Shown: positions 28,565 through 39,176 of the stretch, in pieces
Layout of the letters: every line of letters starts with the position of its first letter
Numbering within the stretch: the stretch's first letter is position 1
Source: an uncultured Gemmatimonadaceae bacterium
GTDB lineage: Bacteria; Gemmatimonadota; Gemmatimonadetes; Gemmatimonadales; Gemmatimonadaceae
NCBI GenBank assembly: GCA_963781585.1
Contig: CAWAGQ010000004.1
Location: 128,001 to 192,000, forward strand
DNA length: 64,000 nucleotides
Direction: 5' to 3'
Made by a program: the position numbers and the translations under genes
The notes under the pieces: generated by a model
The model's input: the letters and a program-made list of their open reading frames with translations, nothing else
Told to the model about the DNA's origin: nothing
The model's database searches: none

Positions 28565-29466
28565 GGCCGCGTTCGGTCGCACCGGCGACCGACTTGCGGC
28601 CCCTGGGCGCCTTCACGCTGCGCGCGCTTGTGGACGAGGTCCACGAGAAGTTCGCGACCGCCGGCTTCGCGGTCGCACGGGCCGAGGCCCGGGACCTGGT
28701 TGCCGCAGCGTGCGATCGGCCGCGCTTCTGGCCGACCCTCCACGCGGGCCTGGGGGTGGACGACGATGTCGTTAGGCGCGTCACACTCGCGGCCGAACGC
28801 AGATGCCGCGGCGCGCCTTTCGCCTACGCAGTGGGCCGCGCGGCATTCCGGCGTCTGACGCTGACGGTGGACGAGCGCGTGCTCATTCCACGGCAGGAGA
28901 CGGAGGTGCTGGTTGACCTCGTCCTGGCGGCGCGCCGCGGCATTCCGGGAGGCGTCGCCGTCGACGTGGGTACGGGATCCGGCGCCATCGCCCTGGCGCT
29001 CGCGTCCGAGCACTCGTTCGAGCGCGTCATCGCGACCGACGTCTCGTCCGACGCGTTGACGGTGGCCCGCGGCAACGCCCGCGCGCTGCAGGCAGCCTGT
29101 CGGGCGCCGGTCGAGTTTCGCGCCGGGAGCACTCTGGCTCCATTGGGAGCGGACTGCGTGGATGTTATCGTCTCCAATCCCCCCTACATCGCGTTCGGCG
29201 AGGTGACCTCACTCCCACCATCCGTCCGGGACTGGGAGCCGATGCCCGCCCTCATCTGCGGCGATTCCGGCCTCGCGGTCTCGCGCCGGATAATCGAAGC
29301 CGCCCCGGCCCGACTCTGCACGGGCGGACTGCTGGCGCTGGAGGCCGACGTGCGACGGGTGGCAGCGGTGGCCCAGCTGCTCTCGCAGTCGGGGGCGTTC
29401 TCGGACGTCTCAGTGCATTGCGACCTCACGGGTCGTGAGCGCTTCGTTCTCGCGCGGCGCGGCTAG
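28561..29466 (+). CDS. prmC: Release factor glutamine methyltransferase
   Basis: VLIPRQETE, DVGTGSGAI, SNPPY. Directly follows prfA. Confidence 0.93.
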   Translation: MRPRSVAPATDLRPLGAFTLRALVDEVHEKFATAGFAVARAEARDLVAAACDRPRFWPTLHAGLGVDDDVVRRVTLAAERRCRGAPFAYAVGRAAFRRLTLTVDERVLIPRQETEVLVDLVLAARRGIPGGVAVDVGTGSGAIALALASEHSFERVIATDVSSDALTVARGNARALQAACRAPVEFRAGSTLAPLGADCVDVIVSNPPYIAFGEVTSLPPSVRDWEPMPALICGDSGLAVSRRIIEAAPARLCTGGLLALEADVRRVAAVAQLLSQSGAFSDVSVHCDLTGRERFVLARRG

Positions 29467-29535
29467 CCTCGCTGTGTGCACGGACCTACTCTCCGACGTA
29501 CCCGCGCACATCGACCTCCAACCCGAGCCAGCCAA

Positions 29536-29889
29536 ATGGTAGACCAGAAGGCGCGCGAGCTGGGCCGCCTGATCGGCCAGAGTTCCGAATACCAGTCGCT
29601 GCGGCGTGCGAACGACGGATTGAACGGCGACGCCGAAGCGGTGAAACTGTTACGGCGAATGGAGGAACTGCGCGTCAACGCGCAGCAGATGATCGAACGC
29701 GATCAGACGCCCACGTCCGAGATGGAGCGGGAGCTGGATGATCTCCTGGCGAAGGTGCAGGTGAACCCCGCATACCAGCGTGCGATCGTGGCACAGGAGA
29801 ATTTCGACAAGCTGATGCTGCAGGTGAACGCGTGGATCGCCGAGGGCATCAAGGCCGGTGCGGCGAGTCCGATCATCACCCTCGGATAA
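29536..29889 (+). CDS. YlbF/YmcA (RicAF-like) family helical protein
   Basis: KARELGRLIGQSSEY...NPAYQRAIVAQENFDKLMLQVN pattern, recognised by eye. Confidence 0.65.
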   Translation: MVDQKARELGRLIGQSSEYQSLRRANDGLNGDAEAVKLLRRMEELRVNAQQMIERDQTPTSEMERELDDLLAKVQVNPAYQRAIVAQENFDKLMLQVNAWIAEGIKAGAASPIITLG

Positions 29890-30566
29890 TGGATCACCGC
29901 GGCGCGCTGATCGTTCTGGAGGGCGCCGAAGGCGTCGGCAAGTCGACGCAGGTGCGCGGGCTGGTTGAGCGATTCGGGCGTGCCGGAATGCCATGTGTGG
30001 CCGTCCGGGAGCCTGGCGGCACTCCTCTGGGGGACGCGATCCGCGGACTGCTGCTCGACCCCAACTGGAACGTAAGTCCGCAGACCGAGGCCTTGCTCTT
30101 CATGGCTTCCCGCGGGCAACTGGTGCGCGAGGTCATCCGGCCCGCGATGGCTGCCGGGTCCATCGTCGTCGCCGACCGCTTCTTCCTCTCCACGTACGCC
30201 TACCAGATTGCCGGCCGGCGGCTCCCCGAGGAGGAAGTGCGGAGCGCCAATCGTCTGGCCACCGGAGGACTTGTTCCGGACCTCACCATTCTTCTCCACC
30301 TGCCGGCGCGAGAGGGCATGAGTCGGGCCGCCGCGCGCGGCCAGCGCGACCGCATGGAGGAGTCCGGCAACGCCTTCCATGATGGTGTGTCGGCCGCATT
30401 CGTGGAGTTCGCGACGCCGTCGTGGCAGGCGAACCACCCGGAGTGTGGAGCCATCGTCCTGGTCGATGCGGCGGGCGAGGTGCCCGAGGTGGCGGCGCGA
30501 ATCGGTGCGGCTGTCGACGCTGGGCTGGCGCGAACGCTCGGCGGCCTTGCGGGGTCGCACCCATGA
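29889..30566 (+). CDS. tmk: Thymidylate kinase
   Basis: EGAEGVGKST, REPGGT, DRF, PDLT. Confidence 0.93.
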   Translation: MDHRGALIVLEGAEGVGKSTQVRGLVERFGRAGMPCVAVREPGGTPLGDAIRGLLLDPNWNVSPQTEALLFMASRGQLVREVIRPAMAAGSIVVADRFFLSTYAYQIAGRRLPEEEVRSANRLATGGLVPDLTILLHLPAREGMSRAAARGQRDRMEESGNAFHDGVSAAFVEFATPSWQANHPECGAIVLVDAAGEVPEVAARIGAAVDAGLARTLGGLAGSHP

Positions 30567-30582
30567 TGCCGAGACTTACCGC

Positions 30583-32163
30583 ATGAAGCCGCGAGGTGTG
30601 GTTGTCGCTGGCGTCCTGGGGACGTCGCTGGTGAGCGGGGGATGGCTGCTCGGACGTGGGCTGACCGGGCGCGACGCCGGGTTTTCCTCGGCCCGCTTGT
30701 TCGATGTGGTCTCCAACGACATCCGGCGCTTCTACGTCGACTCGGTGGGCGACTCGGCGCTGTTCGAGAAGGCGGCAGTCGGGATGCTGCAGGCGCTCCG
30801 CGATCCCTTTACGTTGTACCTGCCTCCGGCGCGCGTCCGCCGCCTCACGGAAAGCACCACCGGCAACTACGTGGGCATCGGCGCGCAGGTGCAGCGACGC
30901 GACAACTGGCCGATGGTCATCACGCCGTTCCCGGGTTCGCCGGCGGAGCGCGCCGGTCTGCACACCGGCGACCGGATCGTGGAGGTTGATGGCAAGGAGA
31001 CCCACGGCTGGACCGCGGACGAGACGCTCAGGGCGCTGCGTGGTCCTCCCGAGACGGACGTCCGGATCGTGATCGAGCGCCCGGGGCATGTGCGACGCCA
31101 GTCCCTGACGCTCACGAGGAGCGGTATCCATCGACGGTCGGTGGCGCGAACTATTCTGCTGGGGGACCACGTGGGCTACGTGGATGTGAACATCTTCAAC
31201 GACTCCACGGAAACTGAGCTCCTCCAGGCGGTCGATTCGCTGAGCGGGCTGGGCATGCGCTCGCTCATCCTCGACCTGCGCGGCAATCCGGGGGGCGTGC
31301 TGACTGAGGGCGTGGGGGTGGCCGACATGTTTCTGACCCGCGGACAGACGATCGTGAGCATGCGCGGGCGGACTGCGGAGACGAACGCGAAGTACGTTGC
31401 GACGTCGGCACAGCGGTGGCCGGATCTGCCGCTGGTGGTCCTGATCGACGAGGGGAGTGCCAGCGCCTCGGAGATCGTGGCGGGCGCGCTCCAGGACCAC
31501 GATCGGGCGGTGCTCGTGGGGCGGACGTCGTTCGGCAAGGGAAGCGCCCAGACGGTCTTCTCGGTGGCGGGAGGCGGCGCCGTGAAGCTCACGACGGCGC
31601 GCTGGTATACGCCGGTTGGCCGCTCGATCGAGCGCGCGCAGCCGAGTGACGACGCGGACCTCGGTGGCAGTCCGGCCGCGAGGCGGGTGTTCCACACGGA
31701 GCATGGCCGCAAGGTCTATGGCGGGGGCGGCATCGTCCCCGACGTGGCCGTGGGCGACACGGTGCTGGCGCCGGCCGAGCAGGCTCTCGAGGCCGCGTTA
31801 GACTCGCGGGTGATCGACTTCCGCGATGCCATGACCGCCTACGCCATTCAGCTGAAGACGAAAGGCGGTATCGCCTCACGTGATTTTTCCGTGACGCCGG
31901 CCATGCTCGACGGTCTGTGGACCACCATGCGCTCGCGCGGCTTCTCGTTCGATCGCCGGGTGTTCGACGGCGCGTCGTCCATTGTGTCGCGCCTGCTGGC
32001 GCGCGAAATCGCCCGCTACGTCTTCGGCCCCGAGGCCGGCGAGGAACGTTCGGCGCGGGACGACGACGTCATCCAGAGCGCCGTGCACCTGGCTGCAGGC
32101 GCCACTTCGACCAACGAGCTTCTGGAGCGCGCCCGGCAGGAGCCGGGTGCCACCAAGAACTGA
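30583..32163 (+). CDS. S41 family carboxy-terminal processing protease
   Basis: PDZ domain (GIGA...GSPAERAG), DLRGNPGG, SASASEI, FGKGS. Confidence 0.93.
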   Translation: MKPRGVVVAGVLGTSLVSGGWLLGRGLTGRDAGFSSARLFDVVSNDIRRFYVDSVGDSALFEKAAVGMLQALRDPFTLYLPPARVRRLTESTTGNYVGIGAQVQRRDNWPMVITPFPGSPAERAGLHTGDRIVEVDGKETHGWTADETLRALRGPPETDVRIVIERPGHVRRQSLTLTRSGIHRRSVARTILLGDHVGYVDVNIFNDSTETELLQAVDSLSGLGMRSLILDLRGNPGGVLTEGVGVADMFLTRGQTIVSMRGRTAETNAKYVATSAQRWPDLPLVVLIDEGSASASEIVAGALQDHDRAVLVGRTSFGKGSAQTVFSVAGGGAVKLTTARWYTPVGRSIERAQPSDDADLGGSPAARRVFHTEHGRKVYGGGGIVPDVAVGDTVLAPAEQALEAALDSRVIDFRDAMTAYAIQLKTKGGIASRDFSVTPAMLDGLWTTMRSRGFSFDRRVFDGASSIVSRLLAREIARYVFGPEAGEERSARDDDVIQSAVHLAAGATSTNELLERARQEPGATKN

Positions 32164-32178
32164 GAACCCGCCGGCGAC

Positions 32179-32832
32179 TCAGCCCTGTCCCGGCGCCGAG
32201 CCGTCGACCACCCGCACTCCCTTGGGCGGCCGGAAGGTGAACGCCCCGGCACTCACGGGCACGTTCGGTGCAAACGACGTGATGCGAACGCGTCGCGTGA
32301 TGCCGCTCGGCTCCTCCGCCTCGAACTGGCGCAGGGTGCCGGAAGGGTCGATCCAGACCTTGGCGTGGACGAACGCGGCGTCGCGATTCCGCGGCGTGAG
32401 TGTCACCACGCGCGTGGCGTGCCCGCCCACGGTATCCGCGCCGGCATCTCCGATGACGTAACGCGTACGGGGGTTTGTGAAGAACTCGCCGATCAGATCA
32501 AGCGATCCGGCGGACCCGCGCTTGAGTGGGGCGCGAATCACCTGGCCCGGCGCCGAACTCGGCAGATACAGCCAGACGTAGCGTCCGTCGGAGAGGATCA
32601 GGTCGCCCTTCGGATCGTCGAAACGGAACACGAACTTGTCAGGGCGCTGCTGCTCGAAGACGCCTCGTGAGGTGAGTGTGCTCCCGGTCAGCGGATTGTC
32701 GATCGACTGTTCGAACCGGGCTCGCGCGGTGCGAACGCGGGAGTAGGCCGAAACCGCCGCGTCGAGTGCGCGGTCGGCAGGTCCCTGCGCGGGGAGGGTC
32801 ACCGCGAAACCGAGGGCGAGCGCGAGCATCAT
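32179..32832 (-). CDS. lolA: Outer-membrane lipoprotein carrier LolA family
   Basis: Signal peptide, ARFEQ, QRPDKF, ILSDGRYVWLY, FTFRPPKGVRVV. Confidence 0.85.
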   Translation of the reverse strand: MMLALALGFAVTLPAQGPADRALDAAVSAYSRVRTARARFEQSIDNPLTGSTLTSRGVFEQQRPDKFVFRFDDPKGDLILSDGRYVWLYLPSSAPGQVIRAPLKRGSAGSLDLIGEFFTNPRTRYVIGDAGADTVGGHATRVVTLTPRNRDAAFVHAKVWIDPSGTLRQFEAEEPSGITRRVRITSFAPNVPVSAGAFTFRPPKGVRVVDGSAPGQG

Positions 32833-33076
32833 GGCTGCAGATTCGAGTGTGGGGAGTGGCGTCCCCTGGGCTCCCCAGGCACGCGCGCCACATCGACGCG
32901 CCATACGCTGAGTAAACCCCACTATCCGCGAAGTTGCGGCATCGGGTCGCCGAAGAAGGTCGGGGCCCCGATGTGAGATCTTCCGGCCCACGCCAATCGG
33001 ACACCACTCGCGACATGCGGGGCGGCCCCGCTGCCCGCGCGAACACCCGCAGCATCCCGCGGTTGGGGCGGCGATC

Positions 33077-34129
33077 TCACCCTACCCGGACTTCGAGCAT
33101 TCCCGGCGTCTGGGCCACGGTGCGGTCAATCGCCTTCGCAATGAGGCGCAATTCGCGCATCAGGTTGGAGAACTGCTCGGGAAACAGGCTTTGGGATCCG
33201 TCCGAGAGCGCGCGATCGGGATTGGGGTGCACTTCCACCAGGATGCCGTCCGCTCCGGCAGCCACCGCGGCACGCGCCATCGGCGTCACTTTCTCCCGGA
33301 GGCCTGTCCCGTGGCTCGGATCGGCGATGATCGGCAGATGCGACAGCTTGTGTACGATGGGAATGGAGTTCAGGTCGAACATGTTGCGTGCGGCGCTGTC
33401 GAAACTCCGCACTCCGCGCTCGCACAGCACGACTTGTGAGTTGCCCTCGGCCAGGATGTATTCCGCGCTGAGCAGCAGGTCGGTGATGGTGGCAGCCATG
33501 CCGCGCTTCAGCAGCACCGGCTTGTTGATGCGCCCCACGGCCTTGAGGAGCGAGTAGTTCTGCATGTTGCGGGCACCGACCTGGATGCAGTCGGCGTATT
33601 CCGCCACCAGCTCCGCCTGCGCCTCGTCCATTGCCTCGGTAACCACCGGCAGGCCGGTCTCCCGCTTGGCGAGCGCGAGATAATCGAGTCCGCGCTTCCC
33701 GAGTCCCTGAAACGAATACGGAGAGCTGCGTGGCTTGAACGCGCCACCTCGGAGGGCCGTCGCCCCGGCGGCGCGCACCGCCCGGGCAGCGGTGACGATC
33801 TGCTGCTCCGATTCCACAGAGCACGGACCGGCAATCACGACCACGTCGGGTCCGCCAATCAGGACCCCGGGAGCGAGTGACACGACCGTCGTCTCCGGCT
33901 TCCACTCCCGAGAGACCTGCTTGTAGGGCTTGGAGACGTGAATGACTTGCGAGACACCGGGAAGGCCGAGGATGTGCGAATCGTCCACCCGTCCATCGTT
34001 GCCGACCAGGCCGATGGCCGTGCGTTGTTCGCCGGGCATGGGCGCAGCCTGGTACCCCATTTCCCGGATCACCCGACAGACCGTGTCGATTTCGGCCTGG
34101 GTGGCGCTGTGGTGCATTACGACGAGCAT
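33077..34129 (-). CDS. aroF: 3-deoxy-7-phosphoheptulonate (DAHP) synthase, type I-beta
   Basis: N-terminal regulatory domain, [33 protein letters not shown]. Confidence 0.95.
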   Translation of the reverse strand: MLVVMHHSATQAEIDTVCRVIREMGYQAAPMPGEQRTAIGLVGNDGRVDDSHILGLPGVSQVIHVSKPYKQVSREWKPETTVVSLAPGVLIGGPDVVVIAGPCSVESEQQIVTAARAVRAAGATALRGGAFKPRSSPYSFQGLGKRGLDYLALAKRETGLPVVTEAMDEAQAELVAEYADCIQVGARNMQNYSLLKAVGRINKPVLLKRGMAATITDLLLSAEYILAEGNSQVVLCERGVRSFDSAARNMFDLNSIPIVHKLSHLPIIADPSHGTGLREKVTPMARAAVAAGADGILVEVHPNPDRALSDGSQSLFPEQFSNLMRELRLIAKAIDRTVAQTPGMLEVRVG

Positions 34130-34896
34130 TACGTTGCCTCGATCGGCATCGACCACCCGTCCTCGCACAGCGCGATCCGGCCGCCGAACGACTCGGCGAT
34201 CTGCGAAGCGATCGCCTCGCGCTCGACGGGTGGATAGAAGTGAGTGAGCGCGAGCAGTCCAGGGCGCGCCGTTGCCGCGATGGCCCCACACTGCCGAGGG
34301 GTGAGATGAAGGGGAAGCGACAGCGAGTCCGGCAACGAGCACTCGCACAGCAGTATACCGCACCCATTCGCCCACGCCCCGAGGTCGGCATCGAAGCCCG
34401 TGTCGCCGGTTATGACAACGCGACGACCCTGTCCGGACAGGGAATATGCCACACTCTCATCCGTGTGCGGAACCTTTCGGGAGGTGAGCAGCAGCTCGTC
34501 CCCCAGCATCCACTCTTCTCCGGCGGCCAGCTCGACCGCGGTGATGGCCGGTGGAGGATCGAGCAGGCCGGCCCCGAAGGCGTCCACCATCCCCGTGAGC
34601 CGTGCGGCGAGGCCGGCTGGTCCAATGATCTGGACCGGGTCGGACCGGGGCTGGCTCAGGCCGTATCGCCACGCGTACAGCAGGTTTGCCAGGTCGGTGG
34701 TGTGGTCGGCGTGAAAATGGGTGAGCGCCACGTGGGTGATCTGGTCCCACCGCAATCCCAACTGCGCCATGCGGAACACGACGCCGGCGCCGCAATCGAC
34801 CAGGACCTTCACCCGGTCACCCTCCACCAGCGCGCCGCTCTGCACCCGGCGCGGATGGGGGGCGGCGGTACCGGTCCCGACGGTGACCAGCCGCAT
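34129..34896 (-). CDS. RNase Z-like MBL-fold hydrolase
   Basis: [28 protein letters not shown]. Confidence 0.85.
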   Translation of the reverse strand: MRLVTVGTGTAAPHPRRVQSGALVEGDRVKVLVDCGAGVVFRMAQLGLRWDQITHVALTHFHADHTTDLANLLYAWRYGLSQPRSDPVQIIGPAGLAARLTGMVDAFGAGLLDPPPAITAVELAAGEEWMLGDELLLTSRKVPHTDESVAYSLSGQGRRVVITGDTGFDADLGAWANGCGILLCECSLPDSLSLPLHLTPRQCGAIAATARPGLLALTHFYPPVEREAIASQIAESFGGRIALCEDGWSMPIEAT

Positions 34897-35399
34897 CAGC
34901 GTCCCCGGAACGCGATTTTCTTGGTACCGTGAAACGACTCGGTGGTGAGTCGGAGCAGGTACACGCCGGTGGTGACATATCGGCCGTCGTTGCCGCGCCC
35001 GTCCCAGCTGAAGCGGGGGTCGCACCCCTGGCCAGGTCCCAGACTGCCGCGGCCGAATTGACCGGCGGGGAAGGCGTCGGACAGGAGTGCGCTCGGCACC
35101 AACGTGCGGATCAGATTGCCACGGATGTCGTAGATGGAGAGTCGCACGTGCGACGGTCTGTCCAGATCGAACCAGATGCAGGTGATCGTGGACGACGCCG
35201 TGGGAAACGGGTTGGGGAAGTTCTGATACAGAATCGTCAGCTTCGGCGCGTTGGAACCCTGGTGGCTCGGCCCGCGCGCTGGCAGGCGCAACTCGCGGCG
35301 CGCGCTCCACGCGGGCGCCGGAGCGTCGCTTCGTGGCGGGACCGAGGCAAGCGTCCCGGCCAACCCCAGGGTAGCGAGTCGCCGGCCCACGCCGATCAC
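34896..35399 (-). CDS. Small exported protein with FlgD-Ig / secretion C-terminal sorting-like domain
   Basis: LYQNFPNPF...IYDIRGNLIRTL...WDGR...GVYLLRL...TKKI. Coupled to the smc stop. Confidence 0.7.
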   Translation of the reverse strand: MIGVGRRLATLGLAGTLASVPPRSDAPAPAWSARRELRLPARGPSHQGSNAPKLTILYQNFPNPFPTASSTITCIWFDLDRPSHVRLSIYDIRGNLIRTLVPSALLSDAFPAGQFGRGSLGPGQGCDPRFSWDGRGNDGRYVTTGVYLLRLTTESFHGTKKIAFRGR

Positions 35400-38300
35400 A
35401 GCGGAAGCGCGACCTCTTCGTTGCTGGGGGCCGCGGCCAGCTCCCGGTCCTCAATGGCGTCGTCCGGCTCAGACTCATCCACCGGCGACCCACGCATCCG
35501 GACACTCACGACCGACGACACCCCCGGGTCCTGCATGGTGATGCCGTAGACTGCATCCGCCGCCTCGGTGGTCGTGCGCGGGTTATGCGTGATCACGATG
35601 AACTGGGTCTTCTGCTTGAACTCATTCAGCATGCGCACGAAGCGTCCGATGTTGGCGTCATCCAGTGGCGCGTCGACCTCGTCGAGCAGACAGAACGGAC
35701 TCGGCTTGGTGAGGAAGATGCCGAACAACAGAGACAGCGCTACCAGCGCACGTTCTCCACTCGAGAGCAGGTGAATCCGCTGTGTGCGTTTGCCGCGCGG
35801 GGACGCATGGATCTCGATATCGCAGTCGAGCGGCGCCTCGGGGTTCTCGAGGCGGAGGTCGCACTCGCCGCCGCCGAACAGCGTCATGAAGATCCGATGA
35901 AAATTCTCGCGGACCTGCGTGAAGGTGGAGAGGAAGAGCTCACGCGCCGTGGTGTCGATCTCCCGTATGACCTGTTGGAGCGAGTTCCTGGCGTCATGAA
36001 GGTCGGCGCGCTGCGTGGTGAGGAATTCGAGGCGCTTGAGCTCTTCATCGTGTTCCTCGATTGCCATCGGGTTCACGGGGCCGAGCGCTTCCAGCTGCTG
36101 CCGGAGGGTTTCCGCCTCGACGCGCAGGGCATCTTCCTCCACGTCTAGCGGCTCCACCGCCGCGAGCATATCGTCGAGGGAGCGCTTCCATTCCGTCTCG
36201 AGGCGCTCGCGAATGGCGGCGCGTCGACCGGCGAGCTCAGTATATCGCAGCTCGGCGTGATGGAGGTTGTCCGCGCGCTCCTGCGACTGACGACGTGCTC
36301 CGTCCAGCTCGTGATCGGCGGCGGCGAGGGCGGCGTCCGCGTCGGCCACGCTCTGTTCGGCGGCCGTGAGCCGAGCCTCGGCGTCGGTCTGTGTGGCGGA
36401 ACGGGCGGCCAGGTCGGCCTGCCACGCCGCCATCTGCTCGGCCAACTCGCGTCCAGCATCGTCGAGCGAGACCAACTCCTGTTCCAGGGTGTCGAGTCGT
36501 CGCGAAGCCGAGACGCGGTCTTCCTCCACCCGGTGTTCCCGGTCGCCTGCCACTTGCAGTCGCGCCTGCACCTGGGCAACCGTCACTTGGGCTGCGGTCC
36601 GCTCCTCGCGCGCCGAATCCGCGCGTTCCTCGGCCTCGGTGAGGCCCTGCCGCATGGCGACAACCCGTTCATCTTGTTCGCCGAGGACGTAGACGAGCTC
36701 CGCGAGCCTGACATCCGAGTCGCGGCGGAGCGCAGTCAGCTCCTCCGTGCGGGTGGTCATGCGGGTGGCCAGCGTCAGGGCGTCATGGAGGTCGCGCTCG
36801 CTGCGCGCGGTACGACGCTCCAGGTCGGCCAGGGCTTCGGCGGTGGCGCGTTCACCCTCTACGGCCTCGCTGGCCTGGTCCACGCGGCGAGCGACATCGC
36901 TTTCCGCGGCGAGGAAGGCGCTGCGCGCCTCGTCGGCGGCGCGTGAGGCGGCGGCACGCGCCGCCTCGGCGTCCGCCAGCTCGGCACGCAGCGCGAAGAG
37001 TTCGGCTCGCCTCCGGAGCGGTCCCGGTCCGGCGGTGGAACCCGGAAGCCACACGGCGCCGCGGGCGTCAATGAAGGCGCCGTCATGCAGTGTCCGCACG
37101 CGCTCCAGGAACACGCGGATCCAGCCCTGTGCCTCGGGTGCCGCGTCGATTCCGGCGAGCAGATCCCCCTCAGGGCTTCCGGTGTCGATCGGGACACTGT
37201 CGAGCGGAAGCAGGAGAAGGGGACCCGGGTTCACGCTCGCGTGCCAGGCCCGGATCGTGTCCGCGGCGGCGCGGTCACGGACGATCACGGCGTGCACCGA
37301 CATTCCGAGGAAGCGTTCGACTGCCGCGGCCGAGGTGGTGGATGCGGTGAGGTAGTCCGACAGCGGGCCGAGCACCGCGCCGTCGCCAAAGCGGTCGCGC
37401 TCGCGCAACAGCCGGACCGCCGCCGGAGCCAGTCCCACGCGCTCGCGTTCCAGGCTCTCGAGCCCCTGCACGCGTCCCTGCAGCGCTGTATATCGCCCCT
37501 CCGTCTCCGCGAACTCTGTACGCGCGATGACGTCATGGTCCTGGGCCAGCCGGGCTGTTGCCCGGGCCTGGTCGAGTTGCCGCGCCGCGCCCTCGACCGC
37601 GCGTCGCGCCACGTCCTGCTCGGCGCGCGCGCCGTCCAGTTCGCGCCCCAGCGCCTGGGCAGTCTCGGCGATCGCGTCGCGTTCCGAGTGGAGCTTTCTC
37701 GCTCGTGATTCGAGCTCGAGAAGCTCGCGGTCGGTGCTGTCGCGCTGGAGCTCCAACTCCCGTACGCGGTCACGTAATGCGCGAAGGGTCTGCTCCGTCT
37801 CCTCAAGCATGCTCCGCGCTTCGTGAACCGCGGCGCGTGCGGTCGCTTCGTCGGCCGTGCACGCCCGGAGCCGTTCCTCGGCGCCCGCCATCTCGCGCGC
37901 GCGCGCGGCGCGTTCTTCGCCGGCTCGCGCCAGCTCGCCTTCCAGGCGGGCGCGTGCCGAGTGTCCTTCGTGGCGTTCATCCGCAGCGCGCTGGCGCCGC
38001 TGCAGAGTGTTGCGATGGCGCTCTTCGGACACCGCGATGCTGGCGCGGAGGGTCTGGACGCTGTCGCGGAGGGACGCGACCTGGTGCGCCATCTCGTTGC
38101 GATGTGCTTCGGCGGCCGCACGCCGGTCGTGGGCGTCGTCGCGCGCACGTTCGGCTTCGCGCACCGCCCGCTCGAGCGCCGGCACCGATTCGCGCAGCCC
38201 CTTGACCTGCGCCTCCAGCTCCTGGAGCTCGTCGCGCCAGGACTGCATGTCGCGGGCTGCGAGCGTGAGTTCGACGACGAAACGTCGTGCCGTCAGGTCC

Positions 38301-38947
38301 TTGTGGCGTTCGGCGCGCTTGCGTTGGCGGGCCAGGGACCGCACTTGGCTCTGGACCTCGTTGATCAGGTCATCGAGCCGGGCGATGTCGTGGGCCGTCT
38401 CCTCGAGACGCCGCTCGGTGCTGCGACGTCGCTCGCGGTAGAGGCCCACGCCGGCCGCTTCCTCGAACAGCTCGCGCCGTTCGTCCGGGCGATCTGACAG
38501 GAGTGCGTCGATCATGCGCTGCTCGATGACCACGCCGGAATCGGCGCCCAGGCCAGTGCCGCGCACGAGATCGTGGATGTCACGCAGCCGGCAGGGGGCG
38601 CCGTTGAGGAGGTAGTCGCTCTCGCCCGAGCGGGACAACCGGCGCGTGACCACCACCTCGCGGAACGGCACCGGGAGCCCACCGCTGCTGTTTTCGAAGA
38701 CGAGCGACACCTCCGCCACGTTCACCGCGCGTCGTGCCGAGGACCCCTGGAAGATCACCTCTTCCATCTTGGCGCCGCGGAGTATGCGCGCTCGCTGTTC
38801 GCCCAGCACCCAGCGCACCGCATCGGACACGTTCGACTTTCCGCACCCGTTAGGTCCGACGATGGCGGTGACGCCCTGGTCGAAGAGCATCACGGTCGGG
38901 TCGGCGAACGACTTGAAGCCCAGCATCTCGAGCTTGGTCAGACGCAC
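35396..38947 (-). CDS. smc: Chromosome segregation protein SMC
   Basis: GFKSF, GPNGCGKSN, long coiled coils, hinge, LLSSGE, LLDEVDAPLD, ITHN. Confidence 0.97.
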   Translation of the reverse strand: MRLTKLEMLGFKSFADPTVMLFDQGVTAIVGPNGCGKSNVSDAVRWVLGEQRARILRGAKMEEVIFQGSSARRAVNVAEVSLVFENSSGGLPVPFREVVVTRRLSRSGESDYLLNGAPCRLRDIHDLVRGTGLGADSGVVIEQRMIDALLSDRPDERRELFEEAAGVGLYRERRRSTERRLEETAHDIARLDDLINEVQSQVRSLARQRKRAERHKDLTARRFVVELTLAARDMQSWRDELQELEAQVKGLRESVPALERAVREAERARDDAHDRRAAAEAHRNEMAHQVASLRDSVQTLRASIAVSEERHRNTLQRRQRAADERHEGHSARARLEGELARAGEERAARAREMAGAEERLRACTADEATARAAVHEARSMLEETEQTLRALRDRVRELELQRDSTDRELLELESRARKLHSERDAIAETAQALGRELDGARAEQDVARRAVEGAARQLDQARATARLAQDHDVIARTEFAETEGRYTALQGRVQGLESLERERVGLAPAAVRLLRERDRFGDGAVLGPLSDYLTASTTSAAAVERFLGMSVHAVIVRDRAAADTIRAWHASVNPGPLLLLPLDSVPIDTGSPEGDLLAGIDAAPEAQGWIRVFLERVRTLHDGAFIDARGAVWLPGSTAGPGPLRRRAELFALRAELADAEAARAAASRAADEARSAFLAAESDVARRVDQASEAVEGERATAEALADLERRTARSERDLHDALTLATRMTTRTEELTALRRDSDVRLAELVYVLGEQDERVVAMRQGLTEAEERADSAREERTAAQVTVAQVQARLQVAGDREHRVEEDRVSASRRLDTLEQELVSLDDAGRELAEQMAAWQADLAARSATQTDAEARLTAAEQSVADADAALAAADHELDGARRQSQERADNLHHAELRYTELAGRRAAIRERLETEWKRSLDDMLAAVEPLDVEEDALRVEAETLRQQLEALGPVNPMAIEEHDEELKRLEFLTTQRADLHDARNSLQQVIREIDTTARELFLSTFTQVRENFHRIFMTLFGGGECDLRLENPEAPLDCDIEIHASPRGKRTQRIHLLSSGERALVALSLLFGIFLTKPSPFCLLDEVDAPLDDANIGRFVRMLNEFKQKTQFIVITHNPRTTTEAADAVYGITMQDPGVSSVVSVRMRGSPVDESEPDDAIEDRELAAAPSNEEVALPL

Positions 38948-39176
38948 GGCTCGCACACTCCCGACTCTCCCGGCAAGAGTCGCGTGGGTGTCCAGACGCA
39001 GATGAGGGACGCGCGGAGTCGCGTCGCTCCGATTTCAGGAGTTGTAGGACAGTATTGTGTCGCGACGAAGGAATCTACTGCCTGACGAATGTCGATTCGC
39101 GACGCCGCGGCACGGCTGCCCGTCGGCATCCGGTGCGCCGCGAGGCAAGCTGCGGGACCACTCCGCGAGCGGGCGC

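Noticed and set aside
33077..35505. Long N-terminal extensions on aroF and the RNase Z-like gene in the ORF track (also hydantoinase A, rsmI, trxA, pdxJ)
   Set aside because: Artefacts of calling the first possible start codon. The real starts are the downstream, often stop-overlapping, ATG/GTG codons.
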